Below are positions 13,871-41,249 of a stretch of 64,000 nt of DNA, one piece after another (the stretch's first letter is position 1; the number at the start of each line of letters is the position of its first letter). Source of the stretch: the human T2T-CHM13v2.0 reference genome, Homo sapiens; NCBI RefSeq assembly GCF_009914755.1, contig NC_060940.1; one strand, given 5' to 3'. Under the pieces are notes generated by a model that did not search any database, was not told where the DNA came from, and saw only the letters and a list, made by a program, of their open reading frames with translations. The translations under genes were made by a program, and so were the position numbers.

Positions 13871-14990
13871 GAGACAGGGTCTCACTCCATTGCCCAGGCT
13901 GGAGTGTTCAAGTGATTCTCCTGCCTCAGCCTCCCGAGTAGCTGGAATTACAGGCGCCCACCATCACACCTGGCAAATTTGTGTATTTTTAGTAGAGGTG
14001 GGGTCTCGCCATGTTGCCCAGGCTGGTCTGGAACTCCTGACCTCAGGGGATCCTCCCGTCTCAGCCTCCCAAAGTGCTGGGATTACAGACGTGAGCCACC
14101 GTGCCCGGCCTGCCTTCCTTCTTTGTTTCCCACACCTTCATCTCTGCATCCTGCCTCTTGAAGTCTTCATCTTCATCAGAGTCACATTCGGGGAACTGGT
14201 AGATGTGGATCTCCTCTTCCTTCAACTGATCCCGGATCTCAGGGGAAACAGATATAGAGACAGTGTGAAACGGGCCACAATGACAGACATTTCATGACCA
14301 GAGACAGTGAGACACAGAGATACTGGGTGGTCAGAGACAGAGAGAAAGACATGAAAGACAGAGATGGGGAGAGATGGACATACAGGAAGACAAAAACAAA
14401 ATCTCAGAGACATAGATGGTGAGAAACACAAGATTCTAAGATGGGGCAGACATTAAGAGACCAGGAGAAGCCTGGGCAATATAGCTAGATCCCATCTCTA
14501 CAACAAATATACACATATATTTTGAAACAAGGTTTCACTCTATCACCCAGGCTGGAGTCCAGTGGCTCCATCTTGGTTCACTGCAGCCTCAACCTCTCAG
14601 GCTCAGGTGATCCTCCCATCTCAGCCTCCTGAGTAACTGGGACTACAAGTGCACACCACCACACCTGGCTGGTTTTTGTACTTTTTGTAGAGATGGGGTT
14701 TTACCATGTTGCCGTGGCTTGTCTTAAACTCTTCAGCTCAAGCAGTCCACTGACCTCAGCCTCCCAAAGTGCTGGGATTAACAGGTGTCTGCCACCAAGC
14801 CCAGCCAAAAAAATATTTTTTAAGTTAGCCAGGCATGGTGGTGTTCATCTATAGTCCCTGCTACTCAAGAGGCTGAGGCAGGAGGATCACTTGCGCCTAC
14901 AAGTTCGAGGCTGCAGTGAGCTCTGATCTTGCCACTGTACTGCAGCCTGGGCCACAGAGTGAGACTCTATCTAAAAAAAAAAAGAGAGAG
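13845..14990. mobile_element. Alus in SEPTIN1 intron 7 (13845-14110, -) and intron 6 (14465-14990; - Alu nested in a + Alu)
   Basis: Alu consensus blocks. Confidence 0.9.
14136..14237 (-). CDS. SEPTIN1: SEPTIN1 exon 7
   Basis: Encodes [34 protein letters not shown]; the acceptor is CCCTGAG|. Confidence 0.93.
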
Positions 14991-15330
14991 AAAGAGAGGC
15001 CGAGAGAGATATAAGCAGAAACAGTGGGAAAGGGCTCTGAAGACACGGGGTGGGGGCCAGAGGGAAGTCACTATGTTCTCATGTCTATGCTCCTGCCCTC
15101 AAATAGGCCTCAGCCAGGCATCTAGCCCGGGGGCTGCATATGTAGCCTATTTTGAGCCTTCAGAGACATGGCTATGCTGGCGGCTTACCACCCGCCTTCC
15201 TCAGAAGCTTCTCCTACAATCTAGCCTGATGCACCATGCTCCAGAAAGGCCACTTCAAGATCAAAGAAGTCTAAGCTGAAATCAGGTTTGGCTTCACATG
15301 GGGTCAAAGGTCAGAGGTCATCACTCACAC

Positions 15331-15448
15331 CTTCTGCTTGAGGGCCTGGGTTTCCTGGGGCATCAGAGCATCCGCTTTGCCAATGACTGGGATGATGTTG
15401 ACTTTCTCGTGTACTGCCCGGAGGAAGGCCACATCTAGGGGCCGGAGC
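15331..15448 (-). CDS. SEPTIN1: SEPTIN1 exon 6 (G4 motif)
   Basis: Encodes LRPLDVAFLRAVHEKVNIIPVIGKADALMPQETQALKQK. Confidence 0.95.
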
Positions 15449-15542
15449 CTGCACCCAGGGATTGGTCATTGCCCAGCCTCAGGGGGCAGAGACCCCCCAG
15501 CCCTCCCTAAATGCGCCAGCCCCCAGGATCCCCCCACCAGAC

Positions 15543-15677
15543 CCCCGGCCGAAGGGTGAGATGAAGTAGAGGCAGCAGTGGACTCGGGAGTCCTGGATGT
15601 TCTTCCGGTTCAGGCCACTCTCATCCCTAAGGTACTGCTCAAATTGCTCCTCGATGAATTTCACCACCGGAAGCCAG
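15543..15677 (-). CDS. SEPTIN1: SEPTIN1 exon 5
   Basis: Encodes [44 protein letters not shown]. Confidence 0.95.
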
Positions 15678-15963
15678 CTGGGTGTGGGGAGAGGATGTGA
15701 GGTCAGAGATCAAAGGCCAGAGGGCAGGGGGCAAGGCTAGCCAGGACTGTGGGAGTAGAATGTCATTTCTTTGGCTCCCTCCAAAGACATTAAGGGGAAC
15801 TGGTGGGGGCCTAGGTGAGTCATCAAGAAGCACAGGGACCCAGTGGCCCTCTGAAACAGACACCACCTTTTGAGATAGGGAGCCAGCACAAACCAGTCCT
15901 GTAACTCTCCAGGGAGTCGCCACTGTGAAAGGCTGAGCCTCTGTCCCCTTTCCTCTTCCTCAC

Positions 15964-16087
15964 CAGTCAGAGCAGTCCACTGAGTCCCCAAAGCCAGGTG
16001 TGTCCACAAGGGTCAGCTTCACTTTCACACCCCCTTCCTCAATCTCTACGCCCCGGCGCTCAATGGCCAGGGTCTGTGTCAAGCGAG
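15964..16087 (-). CDS. SEPTIN1: SEPTIN1 exon 4 (G3 motif)
   Basis: Encodes [40 protein letters not shown]. Confidence 0.95.
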
Positions 16088-16296
16088 CTGTGGGATGGGG
16101 GAGAGGTCAGGGATCCGGGGAGGCTCTGAGGCAGAATTAATTTCCTTTGTCAATATCACAGTTGCCTGCACCCATTTCCCAGGGGAGGAAAGTCTCAGAA
16201 AAAAAGCAGTCAACTACCTGAGTCCCCAGATGGAAAAGACTAGGGTGTAACCTGGGGACAGGGGCTACTGCCTCAAGAGGGTGGGGAGGGTCTTAC

Positions 16297-16383
16297 CACT
16301 GGCCTCTGGCACCTGGCGATCCTCATAGAGGTTGGTGAGGAAGAGGCTGTTGATGAGGGTGGATTTCCCTAGGCCTGACTCCC
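16297..16383 (-). CDS. SEPTIN1: SEPTIN1 exon 3 (P-loop)
   Basis: Encodes [29 protein letters not shown]. Confidence 0.96.
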
Positions 16384-16478
16384 CTGTGGACAGAACAGGC
16401 CCAACTGGTCAGGGGAGGGGACAGCCAGGGCCTCCTAAGGACATCCCCTCCGCAGTTCCCTCTCCAAAACCCCCAGAC

Positions 16479-16569
16479 CTGCCACCATTAGCGTGAAGTC
16501 AAACCCCTTCTTGACAGACTTGCGGTGCAGCTGGTTGGGGAGGGCAGCAAAACCCACGTACTCCTTGTC
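16479..16569 (-). CDS. SEPTIN1: SEPTIN1 exon 2 (polybasic region)
   Basis: Encodes [30 protein letters not shown]. Confidence 0.96.
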
Positions 16570-16728
16570 CTATGGATGGGGGTGGACAATATGAGGCTGC
16601 TGGCAATGGCAGGCAGGGTCCCCAGGATCACTTGAGTTCCTGGGCTAGGAAGAGTCAGTGGGGTCTGGGGACCCCAGGCATGGGGGCTGGGGGCCGAGAT
16701 GCCCAGGTTTCTGGGTGTAAGGACTCAC

Positions 16729-16746
16729 CATGACTCCGCCAGCCAT
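16729..16746 (-). CDS. SEPTIN1: SEPTIN1 exon 1 coding part (MAGGVM)
   Basis: Two in-frame ATGs (16744-16746 and 16729-16731), then donor GTGAGT. Confidence 0.85.
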
Positions 16747-16759
16747 CACTGCACCTGCC

Positions 16760-17040
16760 GTCTCTCCCCACTTCCTCTGGTGGGGCAGGAAGCTGAGTGC
16801 GGCTAACAAGGGGGCGGGCAGAAGAGGCAGCTGAGATGCTCAAACTGGCCCAGTCCCAGAGAGGTGGGGAAGGCCAAGGCCAAGAACACTTGGGGTTGCC
16901 ACCTCCTGGACCCCTTTGCCCATCACCTGTCTACGTACCTTCAACCCTCCATCCTTCACACATCTGGATTCCAAGTCCCACTGTAGCTCCATCATCGTGG
17001 TGAGACATGGGGTATGTGCAGAGAGGAAGGAAGTGGCTCC
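16760..17040 (-). promoter_or_regulatory. SEPTIN1 proximal promoter (not a CpG island; ETS motifs)
   Basis: GAGGAAGTG (-) at 16769-16777, CAGGAAG at 16786, GGAAGTG near 17029, and a GC box near 16811. Confidence 0.5.
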
Positions 17041-17094
17041 CTTTGTTAGCAGGGGAGATGAAGGTTTTGATGAGCTGATTAGAAAACAGTTCCC

Positions 17095-28390
<11,296 letters not shown>

Positions 28391-29049
28391 AATTCTCTAA
28401 TTTCAGTGATTTGTGTACTTGCTCCTTTAGACTGGTAGCTCTCCAAGGACAAATCTTGCAGGTGTTTCAACTTTTTATCCCCAACTCTTGGCTTAGCACT
28501 AAGATGCTAATAAATGTGAATTAATGCATAAACCACAGTTACCCCCACCATCATTGGCAGAGGGGCTGAAGACACCTCCAGACACTCTCTCCACCCCAAA
28601 ACCAAGCCCGCCCAGAGAGCGGATACTGGGATCTTGCTCCTAGGGCCTGGGAACCTGGAAACACAGCTCCAGCCAGGGGCCCACCAGGATGGGAAACAGG
28701 GCTTGTTCTTCAGCCTCTCCCTGAGCCTGGCCTCTATAGGGCTGCCGACCTGTCCGGAGTCTTTCTGGCCGCCTCTTTCTTTGTGTCTCTTTCTCTTTGT
28801 CTCTGCCCGTTTCGCTCACTATCGTCTTTTGTTCCTCTGCTTCTGGGCCTGTTACTCTCCAGGCTCCCAGCCTCTTACTGCTCCTCGGACTCTGCGTCAA
28901 TGACTTTATCTCTTATCCGTTTCTACGTCTCTGTCTCTAGCGGCTAATCTTTGGCTCCCCTTATTTTTGGTCAGCCGCTGTCCCTCGGTCTCTCTCTGCC
29001 TTTGCGTCCTCTGTGACTCAGGGCTCTGATGTGAGTCTCTGGCTCAGGG

Positions 29050-30260
29050 TCTCTGTTCCGGGCCCCAGGTCTGATTCCATCTCTCCAGCAGCATTTACCC
29101 GGTGTCTGCCTCTAGCCTCTGCTCCTGCCTCGGTCTCCCCAGCCCAGCCCCCATTCCATACCCACCCCCACCCCGGGCCCTCGGCCTCTCGGACCAGCCC
29201 CGCTTTGTTTCCCACGTCTCGGCGCCCCGCCCCGCCCCGTCTGGGGTCTCCGCCGCCCTTTGTCTGCCTTGGTCTCTCCCCCACCCCTTTCCCCGGGTCC
29301 GTCTTTGGATCCCTCTTTCTTTGTCTCTCCCAGGTCGGAGTGGCTGGCGCTGTCGGCCGGCCGGGGAGGTCGGCGCGGGTGGCTGGAGACACACAGCCAC
29401 AATTACGAAGAGCCTCGGGCCTCACCACCCAGCTGCAGCCCAGGAGGCACACGGTTAATACCACCGAGTTCGGGCCGCCGGCCTCGGCTTAGAGTAGCCC
29501 CTGGGCCGCACGCTGCCGCCCGCCGGCCACAGAGCTACCGCCGACGCGGGCGACCCCCACAGGCCCGCAGCTCCTCCAAGGTCCTAGAGCGGCTCCGTGC
29601 GGCCCCGCGCTTCCGCTTCCCGTCCCCGCCCCCGGTGGCCGCCCCCGGGACGCCTGGGTCCGAGCCCGCTCCCGGCTTGGCGCGGAGCCTGCATCCCGGA
29701 GCCGCTGGCGGCTCGGGCGCCTGCACCCCGCTGAGGAGCTCCGGAGGGCGCCGGGGTGGCGGAGCCGGAGGCGGCCGGCAAGGTGAGAGCGGCGGCTGCG
29801 CGCTGGGAGGAGCAGCAGGTGCAGGGGCGGCCGGCGGCGCGGGCAGGGGGCACCGGGAGCCGCGCCCGTACCTGGGACCCGACGCCGCCCGGTGCCCGCG
29901 CTGGCCGGCAGAGGGCAGCGGCAGGGCGCCGCGGGCCACACATGGCTGCGTGACCGCGGGATGCTGTCTGTCCCCTTGCTCAGGGCGGCGTGCCGGCGAT
30001 GGAGCGCGCGGTAGAGCCTTGGGGCCCAGATCTCCACCGCCCGGAGGAGAGGGAGCCACAGAGAGGCGCCCGCACAGGTGAGGGCCTCGGCCGTGCGCCG
30101 CCACGGACAGGTAACGGCCGGTGGGGACTGCGATGCTTGGCTGTGGCCGGCCGAGATCCTGGAAGATCGGACGTGAGCTGTGCCTCTGGGGAGATAGGGG
30201 GAGGGGAGCTTTCGGAGCACCAACTGTGCGCCAGGCCGGGAGGGGCTCTTCACGGCCTCT
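29050..30260. promoter_or_regulatory. ZNF48 CpG-island promoter with non-coding first exon(s)
   Basis: Dense CpG, GC boxes and tandem ETS-like CTTCCGCTTCCC; donor AG|GTGAGA at 29782/29783; acceptor CAG| at 29983. Confidence 0.85.
29999..30077 (+). CDS. ZNF48: ZNF48 first coding exon
   Basis: GCGATGG start; encodes MERAVEPWGPDLHRPEEREPQRGART; donor G|GTGAGG. Confidence 0.9.
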
Positions 30261-31533
30261 GTCCCCTCCCTCACGGCCTTCCTCATCCTTACTGCCTCTG
30301 CCCTACTTCAGGCTTCATTCTGTTTTATCCTGGCAATTGCAGTAGCCTCCTCTCTGCCCCTTTCTCTCCACTGATGCATTCTCTCGCCAGCTTGATCTAA
30401 GTCCAGATATAATCCTGTGTCTCTTCTGGAAAACCTTCCCTAGCGTCCCCCAGTCTCCTAATTAAAAGCCTTAGCTAGTGTCCAATCCAAACCGTGCGTG
30501 CTCAGGTTAGTCCCAACATCCTTTGACACCTTATCTTCCATTCCACTCCATTATTTTCTCTTCGCTCTGCCGTAATGCCGGTTCCTATTTCCTTATCTCC
30601 TATCTCTCTTGTGACAACATAGTTATTCTAGTTATTCTGCACCCACAATTATAACCATTGATACTTTAATCTTATCTCTCCTACCACCCTAAGCTTCTTG
30701 AGGAAGGGATGTGTGCCTGGGTCCTCTCAGGTACACACAGGATAACTGATGTAATAAATTACCGAATGGGCTAATATAATAAGATACAATAATAATAGCA
30801 AATACCAAGTTTTCCAAATAGACAATATAATGTAGGGATTAACACGGGCTTGAGTGTCAGAGAGACCTTAGTTAGACATCACGCTTTGCTACTTTTTTTT
30901 TTTTTTTTTTTTTTTGGCGACAGGGTCTCACTGTGTCACCCAGGCTAGAGTGGCACAATCACAGCTCACTGCAGCCTCCACCTCCTGGGCTCAAGTGATC
31001 CTCCTACCTCAGCCTCCCAGTAGCTGGGACTACAGGTGTGCACCACCATGCCCAGCTAATTTTTGTATTTTTTTTTGTAGAGTTAGGGTCTCACCATGTT
31101 GCCCAGGCTGGTTTCTAACTCCTGGGCTTAAGTGATCCACCCACCTCGGCCTCCCAAAGTGCTAGGATTACAGGTGTGAGCCACCCTGCTGGCCTGGCTT
31201 TGCTACTTTCTAACCTTTATAACCTCCAGCAAAAGGACTTAAATTCTCTGAGTCTTTCCATGCCTGTAATATGGGGATAGTCATAGTGTTATAGTATTGT
31301 TTGCAAGCGTTTAATACTAATGCTGAGTTTGGTGAATGACATACATTAAGGGCACAGTAAAAAGAAGTTTTTATTGAGAGGCACAGATAGTAAGTGCACC
31401 AGAGGTTGAGAGGACAGAGAGATTGGGGTTCCTGTGACCACAGATTGTCAAGGGAGTCTTCCTGGAGAGGTTGCTGTCAAAGATAAGTACCGAGCCAAAG
31501 GGGAGGGTCTACAACTTCCTTTTCTTTCCTCAG

Positions 31534-33311
31534 GTCTAGGGAGTGAGAACGTGATTTCTCAGCCGAATGAGTTTGAACATACCCCACAGGAAGATGACTT
31601 GGGGTTCAAGGAAGAAGATTTGGCTCCAGATCATGAAGTAGGAAATGCCTCTCTCAAACCTGAAGGCATCCAGAACTGGGATGACTTATGGGTCCAGAGA
31701 GAGGGTCTAGGAAAGCCTCAGCCTCGGGACAGAGGCCCCCGGCTCCTGGGTGAACCACGCTGGGGCCAGGCTAGTAGTGATCGGGCCGCTGTGTGTGGTG
31801 AGTGTGGCAAAAGCTTCAGGCAGATGTCAGATCTGGTGAAACACCAGCGGACCCACACAGGGGAGAAACCCTACAAGTGTGGGGTCTGTGGCAAGGGCTT
31901 TGGGGATAGCTCTGCCCGGATCAAACACCAGCGGACTCATAGTGGGGAGAAGCCCTATAGAGCCCGGCCACCAGCCCAGGGTCCCCCAAAGATTCCTCGG
32001 TCCCGGATCCCTGCTGGTGAGCGCCCCACTATCTGTGGTGAATGTGGCAAGAGCTTCCGGCAGAGTTCTGACCTGGTGAAACACCAGCGGACACACACTG
32101 GTGAGAAGCCCTACAAGTGTGGCATATGTGGCAAGGGCTTTGGCGACAGTTCCGCCCGCATCAAGCACCAGCGGACACACCGGGGGGAGCAGCCCCCCCG
32201 ACCAGTGGTGCCCCGACGGCAGCCATCTCGGGCAGCCACGGCAGCTACCCAGGGACCGAAGGCCCAGGACAAGCCATATATCTGCACTGATTGCGGCAAG
32301 AGGTTTGTGCTCAGCTGCAGCCTCCTGAGTCACCAGCGTAGTCACTTGGGGCCCAAGCCCTTTGGCTGTGATGTGTGTGGAAAGGAGTTTGCCCGGGGAT
32401 CCGACCTGGTGAAGCACCTGCGGGTGCACACGGGTGAGAAGCCCTACCTCTGCCCAGAGTGCGGCAAAGGTTTCGCGGACAGCTCCGCCCGAGTCAAACA
32501 CCTCCGCACCCACAGTGGCGAGAGGCCCCATGCCTGCCCGGAATGCGACCGTACCTTCAGCCTCAGCTCCACCCTTCTTCGCCACCGCCTCACTCACATG
32601 GAGCCCCAGGACTTCAGCTTCCCAGGCTATCCCCTACCCGCTCTGATCCCCAGCCCACCCCCACCTCCTCTGGGCACCAGCCCCCCGCTGACACCTCGAA
32701 GTCCCTCACACTCGGGTGAGCCTTTTGGCCTGCCTGGCTTGGAGCCAGAGCCTGGGGGCCCACAGGCTGGGGAGCCACCCCCACCACTGGCGGGCGACAA
32801 GCCCCACAAGTGCCCTGAGTGTGGCAAGGGCTTCCGCCGAAGCTCTGACCTGGTGAAACACCATCGTGTGCACACAGGGGAGAAACCCTACCTCTGTCCT
32901 GAATGCGGCAAGGGTTTTGCTGACAGCTCAGCCCGAGTCAAGCACCTCCGCACCCACCGTGGTGAACGGGCCCGGCCACCACCACCATCCACTCTGCTGC
33001 GGCCACATAACCCACCTGGCCCAGTACCCATGGCCCCTCGACCCCGAGTTCGGGCCCAGCCTTCTGGACCCAGCCAGCCCCACGTGTGTGGCTTCTGTGG
33101 GAAGGAGTTCCCCCGGAGCTCAGATCTGGTCAAACACAGGCGTACACACACGGGGGAGAAGCCATACAAGTGTGCAGAGTGTGGCAAGGGTTTTGGTGAC
33201 AGTTCTGCCCGCATCAAGCACCAGCGTGGGCACCTGGTCCTGACGCCCTTTGGGATAGGGGATGGTAGGGCAAGGCCCCTCAAGCAGGAGGCAGCAACAG
33301 GACTGGAATGA
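31534..33311 (+). CDS. ZNF48: ZNF48 last exon; 12 C2H2 zinc fingers, no KRAB visible
   Basis: Polypyrimidine tract and CAG acceptor at 31533; TGEKPY linkers; 79+1778 nt = 618 aa + stop. Confidence 0.95.
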
Positions 33312-33575
33312 CGCGGTCCAGGGAGGGCGGAGGCCCAGGAGACCAAAGGGAGGGGCTCTGCCGCTTAGCAGAGAAGAAAGGGCCTGGGAGGTGGTGGGAG
33401 GGAGAAGGAAGGGAAGAAAGGGGAGGAAGAATAGATAGAAATAGGGATTGGAGACAGTAACCTTGAAGCTCAGGAAACTGTCCTGGCTGGGCTGAGTCAG
33501 GACCTTGCCAGGACGGGCTGTACCCCTGGCTTCTAGAAGACTGCCTAGCACACAGTAGGCATTCAATACTTGTTG

Positions 33576-33585
33576 AATAAATAAA
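33576..33585 (+). terminator. ZNF48 proximal poly(A) signal (overlapping AATAAA pair)
   Basis: AATAAATAAA. Distal candidates are AATAAA at 34157-34162 and ATTAAATAAA at 34286-34295. Confidence 0.7.
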
Positions 33586-34299
33586 CTGGCTTTCACCTAA
33601 GGACTCAACCCTAAATTCCTGCTGCCTCATCTGTTAAGAACTGACACTTTCCCCTTGCTGGGCAGGTAGTACACACCTGTAATCCCAGCAGTTTGGGAGG
33701 CTGAGGTGGGAGAATCACTTGAGCCCAAAAGTTTGAGGCTGCAGTGAGCTGATTGCACCACTGATGCCTCCCAACCTTGCTCTGGGAGACCAATGCCTGA
33801 ACCAGGGTTTGTTTACCTTCTGAGCTGCAGAGATGGGGCTTCTGGAATTTAAGGTAACAGGATGAGGCAGGGGTATCTTGATCATCCGGATGGGGCAAAT
33901 ACTGCTGTGTGGCATGGTGGTACCCACCCCTATGGAGGGGCACTCTTGGACAGAGCCCAGACCTTTGTGCCCTGGAGGGAGCCAACCCACCCTGACACGG
34001 AGACACTGGCAGAATAGACCAGAGACAGAAGGTGCTCTCATGGTATCCAGCCTGGATGCCAAGCCCAAGTCCTGGTGGATAGCAGAGGCCAGCTGTTTGG
34101 GAAAAGGGCAGGATGCTCTGAGGCCTGGCAGCCACATTTCCATGTGTCTTTTTACCAATAAACGGCTTCTCTTCTGAGGCTTGGACAGTGTGTGTGTACA
34201 CACAGGCATGAAAAAGGTGGAGAGGGGTCTCTGCGCGCAAAACTCAGACTGTAAATTTTGTGTGCTTCCCTTGCTCTCTGAGCCCATTAAATAAAGAGG

Positions 34300-35100
34300 T
34301 TGTCTTGGCGTAGTCAGCGGCTTTCTAGCTCCGACGTCTGGTTCAAAAACGGCCGCCAGCTCCATCAGCCGATGCCCCAGGCCTGAGGTCTGGCTGCCCG
34401 CAGGCACCACCTACGCCACAGCATCCAGCGCGACCCTTAAAAGGAAAACCGCGCGGCGCTGCAGAGACAAGGCAGCAAGGAGGAGGAAGAGGGGGCGTGT
34501 GGGGGGCGTTGTTGCTATGGCGACGGCTGTCGGCGGGAGGCAGCCCACAGGTCTGGAACCGGCGTGGAAAGCCCGGACGCCGGCGCGCCGCCCACCGGGA
34601 CCTGGGAAACCCGACACCCGAGACCCTTTTTATGCGTCGGGAAATGAGTCATTCGGCTGCACAGCCCAAAGGGAGGGCAAACGGTGCTCCTTCACCCCCA
34701 GAAAAGCCCGCCGGATTTCCCGGCGCCCCGCGGGGCCTGGGAAGCAGGTCTGCAATCCCTAGCGTTTTCACAACCACTGGCCTGATCGGCCAGGGATTAA
34801 AGAAAAAAGAAGTCCAGGGCGGTTCTCCCCGCTAAACAATGAAGGCAACGAAGTACAGGGTCGCAAGTTCCCGCCCCCGGCTCTCCCCGATCTCCGTGCG
34901 GAAAGAATCCCTGGACGGGTTCTCGCGAGATCGTAAGCACTGGCCTGGCTTCCCTAGAAACCGACCAGGGCTGGCTGCAGTGCGGCTCCTCCCGCTCCGC
35001 CCGCCCTTTCCAAATTGATGCGCTCTCAAAACCCTAGAACCCTGCGTTCAGGGCTGGGGCTCTTGATGGCCTGAGCGGAGCCCTTTGGGGCTTCTGGAAG
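34300..35100. promoter_or_regulatory. CpG island / promoter-like element with no coding exon attached
   Basis: CpG-rich; TCTCGCGAGA at 34921-34930; GTTGCTATGGCGAC at 34511-34524; TTCCCGC at 34868. Confidence 0.7.
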
Positions 35101-35123
35101 TTCCTTCTTGCTGGTTTTCCTAG

Positions 35124-41010
<5,887 letters not shown>

Positions 41011-41249
41011 GAAAAGATTTTTTAAAAGTAAAAATACCCTAAGGGCCAAACAAGGTACCCCTGTGGACTGGATTTAGCTTTGGGCTGTTGTTCACCTAGG
41101 CTACTGATTGTCAGGGATGCTATGACATCCTTATCGTGTAACTTAGGCAAATCAGTTTACCTCCCTGAACTTCAGTGAGCTCATCTGTAAAATGGATCAG
41201 GACCCATCGTTATGCGGATCAAATGAGACCAGGTATGTAAGACGCTGAA

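Noticed and set aside
29013-30400. Overlapping 100-270 aa Arg/Pro/Gly-rich ORFs in the ZNF48 island (likewise 41319-42424)
   Set aside because: Expected in CpG islands; low complexity, mostly non-ATG starts, no recognisable domain.
31434-31533. N-terminal part of the 625-aa ORF
   Set aside because: Intronic; the exon starts at the acceptor at 31534.
31827-33346. Antisense and shifted-frame ORFs over zinc-finger exons (also 51807-52559)
   Set aside because: Common by-product of repetitive C2H2 codon patterns.
34306-34352. Pol III A-box/B-box-like pair (TGGCGTAGTCAG ... GGTTCAAAAAC)
   Set aside because: B box is imperfect, spacing is short for a tRNA, and I could not fold a cloverleaf; tRNAscan-SE would settle it.
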